The notes: generated from the letters alone by a model not told the origin. 62,146 nucleotides of DNA, filler included, from Dugesia japonica (GCA_001938525.1; 6 parts of 6 records of this genome joined end to end with filler, not necessarily neighbours in it); one strand, 5' to 3'; counted from the whole stretch's first letter, positions 1 through 12,009 are shown. Translations and numbers: made by a program.

Positions 1-144
1 CAGTTAATTTATTTTAAAATTACCACAACATAACATTTTTTAAAATACCACAACGTAATATATTTTAAGAATTTGTTTCTAAAATTTCACTCTCCTTTAT
101 ATATATATATACATCTCAATAAATTTGGCATTTTTGTAATAATT

Positions 145-3100
145 ATGTATAATAAAAAACCTCATGAAATAACTGTAATCAAGTTGATCAACTGGGGATT
201 AGTGTTCAGACCCCAAATAGTAATTCAAGAAATAGAAACAGGCGAGTTTTATCATAATCTCGAAGAAACATTCTTAAAAGAAATCGTTCCCCCCCAGTCT
301 CAAAAGTATATGCGGAAAAGATTGGCGACAATAAGGGTAATGGACCATCTGGAATTGGTGCAAACCGAAGCATCATGACTAACATTAGCCCGAATTGACG
401 AGATACTGGTAGCCACCCAGAAACTCCATGATACAATAAAGGAAGAAGTATACCTAAAGTTGACAAATCGATTGGTGGAATTATTGGAAGTTATAAAATT
501 GATCACTACTGAGGAAAGTGATTGGACAGGATGGTTACCAGTACATTACGATTGGGTAATATCCAATATGGGATTATCGGATTACCAAGTATGGTTGTAT
601 AACCCAGAAGGTAATATGAAACTCACACTCACAGGATTAATGGTAGAAGATCTAGAAACGGCACTCAATCAAGCAGGGTATCCATGTGTAACTGATAAAT
701 ATGTATGTACTCCAAGTGCAATAGTGGATTTTAATGCCAGAAAAAGACATATCTACGATTTTGGAGTAAAACCAGGAGAGGACATTGAAATCGTAGTATT
801 AGACAAACACCCTGGTATTGATTATGATATATGGGTAACGAAAACCGGCAGATCAGCATTGGAAATCATGGGAGAAATGGAATATCTGTATAAACAAGGT
901 GTAGAACCTATAAAAATAAAGATACTTTCCACAGTATTAGGAAAGAAAGATAAACTAACAAAGGAAGAAAGAAAACAGTTACTGATGACACGTAATGATT
1001 TTCTCAGACAACGACTAGAAAGAAGAGAAGAAAAATGCAACATGATAAGAATGCGACAGATGCCGTCAAGGGAAGTTATAGCAATGCGTAAAGTGGAGGA
1101 AATGGTTAAACGGGTGCAAATAGAAAAGGAAAAGTTACCCCGAGAAACATATTGGATGATAATGAACCGAATCTATGACATATATGACGGACTGGAAATA
1201 CCAGAAGAGATTGAGGATCAATGGCTCATGATTAAACAGAAATATGCCGAGGAAATATTAGCCACTACCAAAATTCAGGACTACAAATTATACCTGAATA
1301 TAGGTAAAAATGAACAAGACTTGACTAGATACAGTCGATTAAAGCCTCAAGGAATAACTATGATGGATCTAATGGATGCCCTTACCGATAAGTGGCGAGA
1401 GCATGGATTGAACATGGTACCACCATTTGTAAACGGCAAATTGATAGAAACAGACGATGAAGATAAACATATATTCCAATGTCATGCAAAGCCCGGAGAA
1501 ATATGTGAGTTAGATGTAGAGGAANAGTCACGGACGGTCCAATCACCAGATCTAGAAGAAAGAATGGAGGAAATAACGGAAATATATGTATCCGAAGTAT
1601 TGGCAGGAATTAAGGAACAAGTGAAAGAAAATCAGAAAATACAGAATATTGATAATCTACCAATAATTACTACAAAATCAGTTGAATTTCCAGAAGGAAC
1701 GCCGACAATACGGGATATTAGAAGTAACTACACGAAACACATAACTGAGGAATCTGCCACCTTTCACGCAATTAACGACTTATTACGAGTAACACGAAAA
1801 ACTCGACCGGCGGTGAATATCAAAGTATATTGGAAAATGATGAATAATCTACGGGATTTAGCCACCTATGGACAACTCAGCTTGTGGGCTCAGGCACAAT
1901 GGTGGAAAGAGAAGAACTTATACGAAGAGGAGGTACAAAATACTTCTGCTATATCTGATTACTCCATTCGAGTCAGTCTACTTAACAAAGAAAGGAGCAT
2001 AAAAAAGGTAGATATGATAACCTTGGAAGGATTAACTATCCATCATATTTTGAAACCTATAAAAAAATAGTTATGGCCTAAATCGATCAAGTCTTATAAA
2101 ATGCAGGCGGGAGCAACAATGATCATATTAGCTAAGAAAGAGGATCATATTTTCTTACATGATATCAAACCAGGAGAGGTTACTGATATNNNNNNNNNNN
2201 NNNNNNNNNNNNNNNNNNNNNNNNNNNNNNNNNNNNNNNNNNNNNNNNNNNNNNNNNNNNNNNNNNNNNNNNNNNNNNNNNNNNNNNNNNNNNNNNNNNN
2301 NNNNNNNNNNNNNNNNNNNNNNNNNNNNNNNNNNNNNNNNNNNNNNNNNNNNNNNNNNNNNNNNNNNNNNNNNNNNNNNNNNNNNNNNNNNNNNNNNNNN
2401 NNNNNNNNNNNNNNNNNAACCTCGGAAGATACCGCCAAACCCAAGTTATTACCATTTAAACAAGAATTTGTTGGTCTCTTCAGCTCCCCTCAAACCGAGC
2501 GGATAACAAAGATAATCTCTGATTTCTGTTATTTTCTGGGAAGGATACCCCAGGCAAAATTCTGGAAGGCATTTAATTTGCTAGCAGATCTGTCAAAATA
2601 TACCGAGATAGCAAAGGAGGAGTGTGCTAAGTGGGAATCTATACTCAAATCTTATACGAGTGCAGTTAAGACCAGTGCCAAAGGAGAAGATTTTCAGGTC
2701 ACCATCGAATATAGGACACCCAATAAAAAGCCTAGAAAAGAACCAGAATTGGCCTTAATGCATATACCACATTTTGACAGTACATCAGCAGCAGAATTAC
2801 AAGAAATTATAGAATCATTAGAAATAACTGATAAACAGAGCGGCTATATAATCACAAGTGACCATCTGAGGTTTCCTATCAAGTTTGAGGGAAAACAGCA
2901 CTTAATGAATATTGGGCTAAGACCAGGCGAAAATACCTTTCTCCAAATACAGAAACCCGAAGATTACACTCCAGGTCCGGTAAAATCTATGGAAGAAGTA
3001 TTGCAGCAACTGGAGGAATTATACGAACAAGAAATCAACAGTGGGAAATTGTTTGAAGAAGTCGACGATAAAACAGTCGAGATAAATATTGAGGCATGGG

Positions 3101-4215
3101 AAGCCAGTAAAACTTGGGGAAGTTTGGCACGAGTAGTAATGAAAATACTGCTAACTCTGGAAGAAAACTTGGCATTATTGAGACATGATAAAGTCATACA
3201 ATTAATCCTGAAGTTAAATCAGTTACGAGCTATAAGTCGTATGCCCGAAGATGTGATAAATGCAATATTAACTAAAGCGGTTCGAATGTTAACGAATGTG
3301 GCCGTCGACATAACAATCAAATTTNNNNNNNNNNNNNNNNNNNNNNNNNNNNNNNNNNNNNNNNNNNNNNNNNNNNNNNNNNNNNNNNNNNNNNNNNNAT
3401 TTATGAATCAACAACATAGCCTTGACAAAGAGGAAACCGGAACACAACCATTACTACAGGAAGACGACATAGTACTCTATTATAACCAAGTAATAGAACC
3501 AGACCAAATGAGATTGCCAATGAAATATATGGGTGTTTGGCCAGGAACTAAATTGAAAATTTACGTAACATCAAAAGATGAGGAGAAACGACGACCACGG
3601 GTCTCAGAAGAAAGATGGAAACAAGAAGCCAGAGAAGTAGTGGAATATTATTTAGAGGAAATACATCCACTGGTGTTCGCAAGAGCCAAACTCCCTAAAC
3701 AAGAACAGAAGAAACAACGAGTAGAGATGGTAGCAGCTCTGACCAACACACCAGTTAAAGATGAGAAGCCGGAAGACAACTTACCAAAGTTATTCGAATT
3801 GCTAGTGGGGGACAAACTAATAAAACCAGAAATCATACGGCGATCCAACATAGTCTTACAACAAGATCTGACAGTAGAAGACCTCAAGAAACTACAACGA
3901 TTAATTATGGCCATCAAAGTATCTCATGTATGGGATCCCATTCAATTCAATAAAACTTTGGTTAAATGGAGTAAAGCGAAAATAGGACAAGCCACTCCGT
4001 TGGAAATAAAATTCAGAATAATCGATCCGGAAGGAGATAAAACTACGGTTAAGATACCAGTATATAATACGGTAAAACACTTACGAGATAAGATACCATT
4101 TAAGCCAACCTACAAACTCCTGGACGATGATGGAATAGTCGAAGATACCACTTCAATTGGACTAATGAAAATCGATTTAGTTAAACCTAATACGTTATGG
4201 ATTTTTCCAGAGTGA
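145..4215 (+). pseudogene. Tandem-repeat protein with six ubiquitin-like (beta-grasp) domains separated by helical bundles
   Basis: One frame broken by stops at 376 and 2068 and by N gaps. Recurrent motifs are HIYDFGVKPGED / HIFQCHAKPGEI / HIFLHDIKPGEV / HLMNIGLRPGEN / MKYMGVWPGTK and YWMIMNRI / YWKMMNNL / FWKAFNLL, with a period of about 600-730 nt. Confidence 0.65.
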
Positions 4216-4934
4216 GGTACACTCACTCGGAAAGACGCAGATCCGTATAAGGCAGCAGATAAAACTCGACCGATAATGGGGGAGACCTCAGACATGTTAA
4301 AAGAATATAAACATCGAACAGAAATTGCAGCTAGTCAAATATTAAGACCGACAACAGATCAGTCCGGAAGTACATAAGTATCCCGAGAGATATAAAAAAC
4401 CCCTTAAACAAGCCAGGATTGGGAAGGTGAAATATTCGGATCACCATCAGCAGACGAGTTAGTGGAAAATGAAAACGAATTACAAATTACAAAGTACTCT
4501 CCGCCAGTTAGAAAAAGTGAAGAAATAAAGAGCAAAGAGCTGACAAGAAGTAAGAAATATGGCCCTAGCAAAGTCGACTTAGATGAGGAAGATATATTAG
4601 AAGAACAACCACTGTCACCAATATTGAGCAGAATAGCAAAATAATTGCCAGCTTCAGTTATGGACGATTTAATGGATACCAATCACCCCTTAGAAATGGA
4701 AAATCTTATAGAGACAGAAGAGGAGGAAGTGCCACCAAAACCANTGCGCACCCGAGTAGATGCGGAAACAATTACTGAACCTCGTAATAGAGGTTGACCA
4801 AGAACAAAACGCCCAGGAAATCCTGAGGAGGAAGAAGCATTAAAACAAAAACGATTAACAACATCAATAAACCATCAAACTGAGCGATTAGCAACAGTGT
4901 CACAGGAAAGATATGAAAATTCAACGGATGAGGA

Positions 4935-5345
4935 TATGCCTACAGAAGTAGTAATACGGCAACTATTACTAATGCTTTACCCGGAGCTAAAGATATGGAT
5001 TGGTAAATTTCAGCTATCTGATAGTCTCCGACCACTAGTCAAGGAAATAGAAGCAGCCATTAAGAAATTTCCTGCTACTAAAGGAACTAGTCATGGTACA
5101 AGAGACAATCTAGAAGGGGTAATGGATGAGTTGTTACAGGATTCACCAACAAAAGGAAGGATATAGTAGTATCGATAGCCCATTTAATCAATCAAGCACA
5201 CCTATCAATCGCTAGAAGTAAGCCGTCAAAAAACTTCATTCTTAGTAAATTACCGATAGTGGAACTCATACAAAATAAAATCATACCTTTGATAAAACAA
5301 CAAGGAGGATGGAAAAAATTTATTGAGTTCATATGCCCTAAGCCA
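4935..5345 (+). pseudogene. Bcl-2 family-like domain (one frameshift)
   Basis: BH1-like VMDELLQDSPTKGRI/VVSIAHL spans a frameshift at about 5163. BH2-like LIKQQGGWKKFIEF is at about 5287-5330 and BH3-like LSDSLRPLVKEIE lies upstream, all at Bcl-2-like spacing. Confidence 0.7.
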
Positions 5346-5460
5346 CAGCCATCACATAAAAATGTAACGAGAGTAATAAGGATTGTTCGGGAACAACTAA
5401 ATGAGATCGAGAATGGATGGACGCGTGGACCTCGAGGAAATTCTTGGCAAGCATTAACCA

Positions 5461-7400
5461 ATACTCTTGTTATTCCTAATGATGGGCAGAAGTGAAGCCA
5501 TTTTGGCCTATGACTGCGATGGGATGCAAGTTGAGAAGGAAGTCTTCTCATTAGTAGATACTGAGGAATGTCCAGACGCAAATCCGGAGAAAATTTCACT
5601 CCGTAATAATTCGGTGTACCACTTATATCAGGAGTCAGATTATTACAAGGCTCAAGTGCGTGAATGTACGGTAACCGTAAAGACATTTATATTTCATTGT
5701 GGTTACCACAGTAATACCTCGATAATCGATCCAGGAATCATAAGACATCCGGTACATCTAACGGGAAAACAATGCGATGAAGGATTCACAACTGGTAAAA
5801 TTACTATCAAACATGGAACTCAGGTTGTCGCTAAAAAAGAGCATGTAATTGATCAACCAATAGAAGCAGCCGGAAGTATATCGTCACATAAAGGTAATTG
5901 TGAATATGATACAACCACTATAAGTGGAAAAGTATGGCAATATGCGGTAGCAATCGAAACTTATACGGTGGAACTCAAAGAATACGAAGCATTTTTTGAC
6001 ACCCAGGATTGAACTATGAAAGGAAGGTCATACTGCAAAGCAGCAGATGGAGCATGTAATACAGGTTCGTCAACATTAACATATAAAGTAGATTACCAAG
6101 ATTGCAAGTTAGCACACTTAAAAGAAGCAGTGTTTGACGAATACCAAGGACAACGTGCTATAACACCTATTGATCACGATACAAAGGAGAGTAATCTGAA
6201 AGATAGGATAGATAATTTTAAAGAAACCATAAAATCAGGCCCGAGGTCATACAATCAACAATGGCACACCACACCTACGGTGCTAATGTCCTCAGAAAAG
6301 GATGAGACTATCCGATTAATCAAAGGAAACTCTATGTCTAAATGCGGGCAAATAGTATATAAGACAAATTATAAANGAATATTCGTATCGAAACATCGAA
6401 TAAAAACAGCCCAAGCCGCAGTGATGACCCAAGACTTCAAACTGCACTTATATGCTAATAATAAAATGGACAACTTATTCCACCGGATGCAAGATACTAT
6501 TGGATTGATGTACCATGACCTCATACAAAATGATTGCACCTTAAATAAGGAAATACTGAAGACGAAGTTAGCAATGGCAGTTACGAATCCAGATAGTGTA
6601 ACTCCGTTAATTCCGTTAGAAAAATGATAATTTGGTCGAGTGGTAGGTGAAGTAATGTACCTATACAAATGCAAAGCAATAGATGCGGAATTTTCATCTA
6701 ACNCAAAACCTTGTTACAATGAGATAGAAATCATCCACAACAATGAGAAACGTTATGTACAACCGATTACTCGAATAATATCACCATTGGGATATAAGTC
6801 AAATATCATAAATTGTTCTAATGTATTTGGACCACAATACATAATGACGGATGGTTCATGGATAAGATTTCCACAACGAATGGCAGTAGGAGTCGAACCA
6901 CGGAAATTCTCAATGTACCGATTAAATGGGGGGATGCAATTTACCCCGATCGATGTAAACAAAGGAGGAATTTAAAGCAGAGAAGATCTAGAGAAAGCAA
7001 GGGAATATATGTTGTTCCCAGTCCGAAGGATGCAGATCCTCTCAAATATCGTACAATTAACAAGTGGAACTAACATAGACGGACGTGTAAATTACGACGC
7101 ACTTTTGTCAGCAGATCATTTCCAGAAAGCCACTGAAAACGTCATGCGGAAAATGTGGGGAAGATTTATAAAATTTGGCCAAGCAATGGCAGGATTGTTG
7201 GGAGTCATGCTGATAATTTCAGTAGCACGAGTAGTAATTACCCAGTTGTTTGCATGTTTCGACATATACAAAAGGGAAAAGAAAGTGAATTGGAAACTGG
7301 TAACCAGAATATTCCCTTTCCTAGCAAAAACTATGGTGCTTAATAGTCACTCTAAAGATATCGACAGAGTAAAACGATTTATTCGGAAACTCGGACAAAT
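5461..7400 (+). pseudogene. env: Envelope glycoprotein, class III fusion type (chuvirus/Monjiviricetes G-like, herpes gB-related)
   Basis: Signal-like ILLLFLMMGRSEA followed by AYDC, a Cys-rich ectodomain with HCGYHS, FGRVVGEVMYLYKC, PCYNE..YVQPITRII..NCS and GGI(Y), then a TM segment FGQAMAGLLGVMLIISVARVVI. In-frame stops at 6010, 6625/6628 and 6973. Confidence 0.8.
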
Positions 7401-7984
7401 CAGAGGATCAGACAAACAGGTCATAATGCAACTCAGATTATTGTGTGAAGAAATGAGCAATGCTAAAAAGAAAATATCATATTTCAATCAATTCAAGGAA
7501 AGATTTAAGAACAAAAATGAAAGTAGTAGCGGAAGTGATGATGATAGAGGAGGAAGCAGTGGAGTACCACATGTACCTAGTTATAAAACTGCCATGGAAT
7601 ATGACGCAGAATTCAAAAGGCAACAATATGAAAAAGTCAGCAAAATGCAGCGACTGAGAAATGCATTGAAATTCGGAGGAAACGAAAATACTCCAGCACC
7701 AGCACAAATGTACTATAACGCTTACCCGCAACACGGTTGGCAACCTATGAGTCAAAAACCACCACAGGTATGGGCACTAGGTCCCAAATATAACACTCCT
7801 TATATAAATGCACCACAAGCCCCTAATATGGCATTATTAACAGAAAATAATTTGGCAACCATTGACCGAAGGGTTACTGAACAAAACTTGCACTCCCCAA
7901 ACAACCGGATCACTGAGGACGATAAATTAGAAACACACACTGTGTGTATGATGATTTCTCAACGAGCAAAATTATTACAAAAAA

Positions 7985-9710
7985 GAATTAAAATAGATGG
8001 GAGATGGGTGATAGCTATTATACAGGAGCAAGTAAGACGTTAGTCCACAAAACAGTATTAAAAGATTATCGACTACTCCGGATAACCATTACTAAAGGGG
8101 TTATCATCACCGCTTCAGGAGAAAAGATCTCACCTGTTGGGGTAGCAATATGTGCAGTGGAGAGTGACGGATTACGCCTGTGGCATAAGCTACAAATAAT
8201 GAACGAATTAACCTTTGACTGTCTTATAGGGTTGGATCTCTTACCACGCATCTGTCCAGAAGGAATTTTTGACTTAAGAAAACTGACGATACGGGAGAAT
8301 CATGAACACGAATATACACTAGTAGGGTATCATAAAACTAGAGTAATAACTAAACAAAAAAGTCCACAACAATGGAATCAGCCAACAACCAATCAACAAC
8401 CACGAAGAAGCAGAGGTGAGCAAAATCCCTCAAACTCCGATCCTGGGAAAACTACCGATACATCCACCATAATACAAGACGATTGGATCAGGTTCCAAGA
8501 ACGGGAACCAAGATGGAAAACCAAAAAACCACCTAACTCCAACCATAAAACTACAGACGTGGTATGTGCAAGTCTCAGTGGCGGACCAGTATTAACTATC
8601 ATGGGTAAAATCAATGGTAGACCTACAACTGCATTATTAGATACAGGAGCAACCATCTCGTTGTTATCAATAGAAGAAATTGCAATAACAGAATATAAAA
8701 ACATATTACCTACTAATACCACGGCAGATGTGGCGAACGGAAGCAGTTTCAAAATTTTCGGGGAACTAGCTTGCGAAGTAGAATATCAAGATAACAAAAT
8801 TAAACACAAAATGATAATAGTGGAAATGGCGGGACAATGCATCTTGGGTACGGATATTCTCCCAATTTTGATGAAAAACGGCATTCTAAACTTTTCCACT
8901 TTACAGTTGCAATCTTTGGAAGGTTATACACATGTTAAAGATCATGAAGTATTTACTACCNNNNNNNNNNNNNNNNNNNNNNNNNNNNNNNNNNNNNNNN
9001 NNNNNNNNNNNNNNNNNNNNNNNNNNNNNNNNNNNNNNNNNNNNNNNNNNNNNNNNNNNNNNNNNNTACCTACATCAGGAAGGTTAACTACGGTCAATAA
9101 AAGTGGAGAAGTACCGGTTAGCTTGGTTAATTTTACTGAAAAGGATATCAAGATCAAGCCAAATTCCAGAATAGGCACATTAACACCCATTGAACCAGAA
9201 ACCAATGAAATTGAGGAAATAGTCGTTGAACCAGTAATCGATAGAACATTAAAAGTGGAAACAGAAACACTATCGGATGATCAGAAACAGGCAATATTAC
9301 AATTATTGGAAGAATTTAGGGATATCTTTGCATGGACTGATGAAGAGCTAGGTATGTGTACCGCTACAATGCACACAATTCTGTTAACAGATGAAATCCC
9401 AAGCAAGCAGAAACCGTATGCCATGTCGATGGAGAAGAAGGAATTTGCGAATAAAGAAACAGCTAAATTAGTGAAAATCGGAGTAATAGAACCCAGTTGT
9501 TCACCATGGCAATCGCCTGTGAACCTCGTAGATAAAAAGGTTGGGACACAGCGATTCTGCATCGATTACAGACGATTAAACGCACAGACTAAAAAGGATA
9601 CATATCCACTACCAGATATCAACGAATTACTTCAATTACTGTGTAACGCCAAAATATTCACTACGTTGGATTTACGAAGCGGGTATTGGCAAATACAAAT
9701 TAAACCCGAA
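7985..9710 (+). pseudogene. pol: pol: two retropepsin proteases, dUTPase-like region, N-terminal half of reverse transcriptase
   Basis: PR1 is RIKIDGRWVIAI/(D)TGASKTLV...DCLIGLDLL with a frameshift at the catalytic Asp. PR2 is ALLDTGATISLL...ILGTDIL. The dUTPase-like stretch is SGEVPVSLVNFTEKDIKIKPNSRIGTL. RT motifs: SPWQSPVNLVDKK, RFCIDYRRLN, TYPLPDI, LDLRSGYWQI. Confidence 0.92.
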
Positions 9711-9796
9711 AGAAAATTAAATACTAAAGAAAATGGGATAAACCCGAGAATTTTTGATAATTTTTGAAAATTTTTTCTTCTCAAATCGTAACAAAA

Positions 9797-9896
9797 NNNN
9801 NNNNNNNNNNNNNNNNNNNNNNNNNNNNNNNNNNNNNNNNTTAATTAATTAANNNNNNNNNNNNNNNNNNNNNNNNNNNNNNNNNNNNNNNNNNNN
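9797..9896. other. Artificial contig-joining spacer (also at 22819-22918, 32262-32361, 41224-41323, 50280-50379)
   Basis: Each is 44 N + TTAATTAATTAA (a stop-codon-rich linker) + 44 N. Confidence 0.95.
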
Positions 9897-9949
9897 TTCT
9901 ATGCTCAGAGTAGTCTAAAATTCAATAAGGAAGATTAAAAAATGTGTAA

Positions 9950-10085
9950 GTGTTTTCAGTGTATGGAGTTTATGAGTATATAGGGCTTATGAGTGTAGGC
10001 GATTTATGAACGTAGTGTTTATGAGTATTTAGAGTTTATTAGTGTATGAGAGTATTGCACTATGAGTGTGTTGGTTTATGGATTT
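9950..10085. repeat. Degenerate short tandem repeat (TTTATGAGTGTA-like); reverse-complement relative at about 59990-60030
   Basis: Repeated ttatgagtgta/gagtat units are directly visible. Confidence 0.6.
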
Positions 10086-11074
10086 TATCAGGTTTTAATA
10101 TCATAGTATTCAAATCATTTGTTTCTACTAGTTATTAGCAAAAGAGCATATGTGCTCATTCAGTAAACAGTCAGTCATGCTTTCAAATATTTATTCTAAA
10201 ATAATTATAAATTCCACTTTTTAATTATTAACTCTTTTTATTTGCTTCTCAATCTTCTGCCAAGTACTCTGAATATTCAAACAACTTTCTTATTTTTTTA
10301 AATTAATTTCTAAAATTAAAACTTAAAAATATTCATTTACTTATCCTAGAACTAGTAATTTTGTTTGAATAGTTCTTTAAAAATATATCAAATATTCTGA
10401 TTTTATGCATTGAAAATTACATAGTAATTATTTAAATTTAACAGTTAATCAATAACATTTAAATGTTGGTTTTCAGAAAATGTCTGAAATTTTAAAAAAT
10501 ATAATATATATTTCCAGCTAATATAGTGTAATTAAAGGAATTATCGAATTTGTTTCTGAAAACAAGCCGATTCAAATTTCTGTGCATTTTCCATCGGTCA
10601 GCACAGGGCTTACTTTTAAAATCTTCTTGTATTTATTTTATAAGTTTTCTAAATTTCTTTACAAGTAAAATATGTTTGAAACTAAGAAAACATTTACCCT
10701 TAAGATAGTATCGCACTTTACATTATAATAATCAAAAGTTAATAAAAACTTTTAATTTGTGTAAGAAATAAAACTATTTCACATATAAACTTTAACAGGT
10801 AATGATATTGTTCTGAAAGCAGCTAATGCTGCATTTCCTTATTATGTAGCAATGGCATTTGAAAAGATAATTCAATTTGGACTTCTTGATAAAGTGAACC
10901 AAAATCTTAGTTCTATAATATTCAAGGCTTTATTTGAGGTTTGATTTATTTTTATAAAATATTGTTATGAGGAAATAATTATTAATTAATAATTTCTCTG
11001 AATAGAAATTGAGTTATCTAAATATTAAAATTAAAATGCTTGTATTTCAATATTATTTATATTGTGAAACATGT

Positions 11075-11157
11075 GTTGTAGTAGTAAAATAAATAATGTC
11101 CAAAAATATTAATTGTGATTTGCAAAAAGATTTAACAATTGAAGATACACCTAACAA
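11075..11157 (+). repeat. 3' end of a probable solo LTR
   Basis: Similar to 19735-19812 (GTAGTAAAATAAAT..ATGTC..GAAGAT..ACCTAACA), which directly precedes a PBS and gag. Confidence 0.55.
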
Positions 11158-12009
11158 TTGTAAATAGAAGGATACTAGCGCACTGAATCACCCTGCCGCC
11201 GACGAAGTGATCTAGTGATCGGAGTAATCCAGGAATAAAGCATTTTTGATTGGTCGTTACGATGACATAAAAAGGTTTTCTGAATTCGAGTTGGAACCGT
11301 CAAATTATCGATTCAAAGTTTTTCGGTCAATTTTTTTCGTAAAATTTTAAGTTTGGTATTGTTGATCTAGGAATTAGAAACTGAACATTTTCTGTATATA
11401 ATTTTCTAGATGAATATGCTTGGTTCTCTGGCAAAAGGTACTAGCAAACTGGATCAGTTGACCATGATCTAGGAATATCTCAACGAAAACATATCGTATT
11501 ACACTAAAAATAGTAGCATTCAATTTAAAATGAAATTCTGAACATATTTTGTTTAGGGTTTGCTGTACAAATATGCTTAGTTCAAAAGATAAAAAAAATT
11601 CATAGTATTCAAACAAATAATCTTAGAAAATTTTCAATGAAATAATAAATAATCTACTTAACATAAAAATTTTAAAAATATTTTAAAAAATATTCACTTT
11701 TCAATTTAATTTTAATAAATAATCATTTTTACATAAAAATTTTTTAAAATATTTTACTTAATAATTTCATTAAATAAATTAAAAATATTTAATTTTATGG
11801 AATATTTAATTTTACTTAAAAATTTCATAAAATATTTTACCTAATAATTTCATAAAGTAAATAATAAATATCGATTTAATTTTATGGAATATTTTTATTT
11901 TACATATGTTTTAAAAATACATTTTAAAATTATATATATAAAATTTAAAGAAAGATTTCTCAGATATTTAAATCTATGAATAATTCTTAATTACAATATT
12001 TTATAATCT

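Larger units (their letters stand above)
145..9710 (+). mobile_element. Decayed env-bearing Ty3/Gypsy-like LTR retroelement (endogenous retrovirus), internal region; no LTR, gag, RNase H or integrase seen in this contig
   Basis: Gypsy-type PR and RT motifs at 8000-9710. ORFs starting at 73, 460, 2101, 4462, 4897, 5467, 6016, 6640 and 7009 all share frame +1. The region is A-rich and visibly less AT-rich than host DNA. Confidence 0.85.

Noticed and set aside
2145-2506. ORFs made mostly of X, here and at 30621-30880 and 51499-51777
   Set aside because: Artifacts of N gaps.
376-6975. Programmed stop-codon readthrough or an alternative genetic code explaining the in-frame stops
   Set aside because: All three stop types occur, some adjacent or inside conserved motifs and alongside frameshifts. 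This fits neutral decay.
5192-9562. Antisense and off-frame ORFs overlapping env and pol
   Set aside because: Shadow ORFs with no motifs.
9841-9852. TTAATTAATTAA as a biological repeat
   Set aside because: Exactly centred in 100-bp N spacers, so it is an assembly linker.
10470-10940. Possible host exons (NDIVLKAANAAFPYYVAMAFEK..)
   Set aside because: Splice-like boundaries are present, but I could not build a consistent gene model or recognise a domain.
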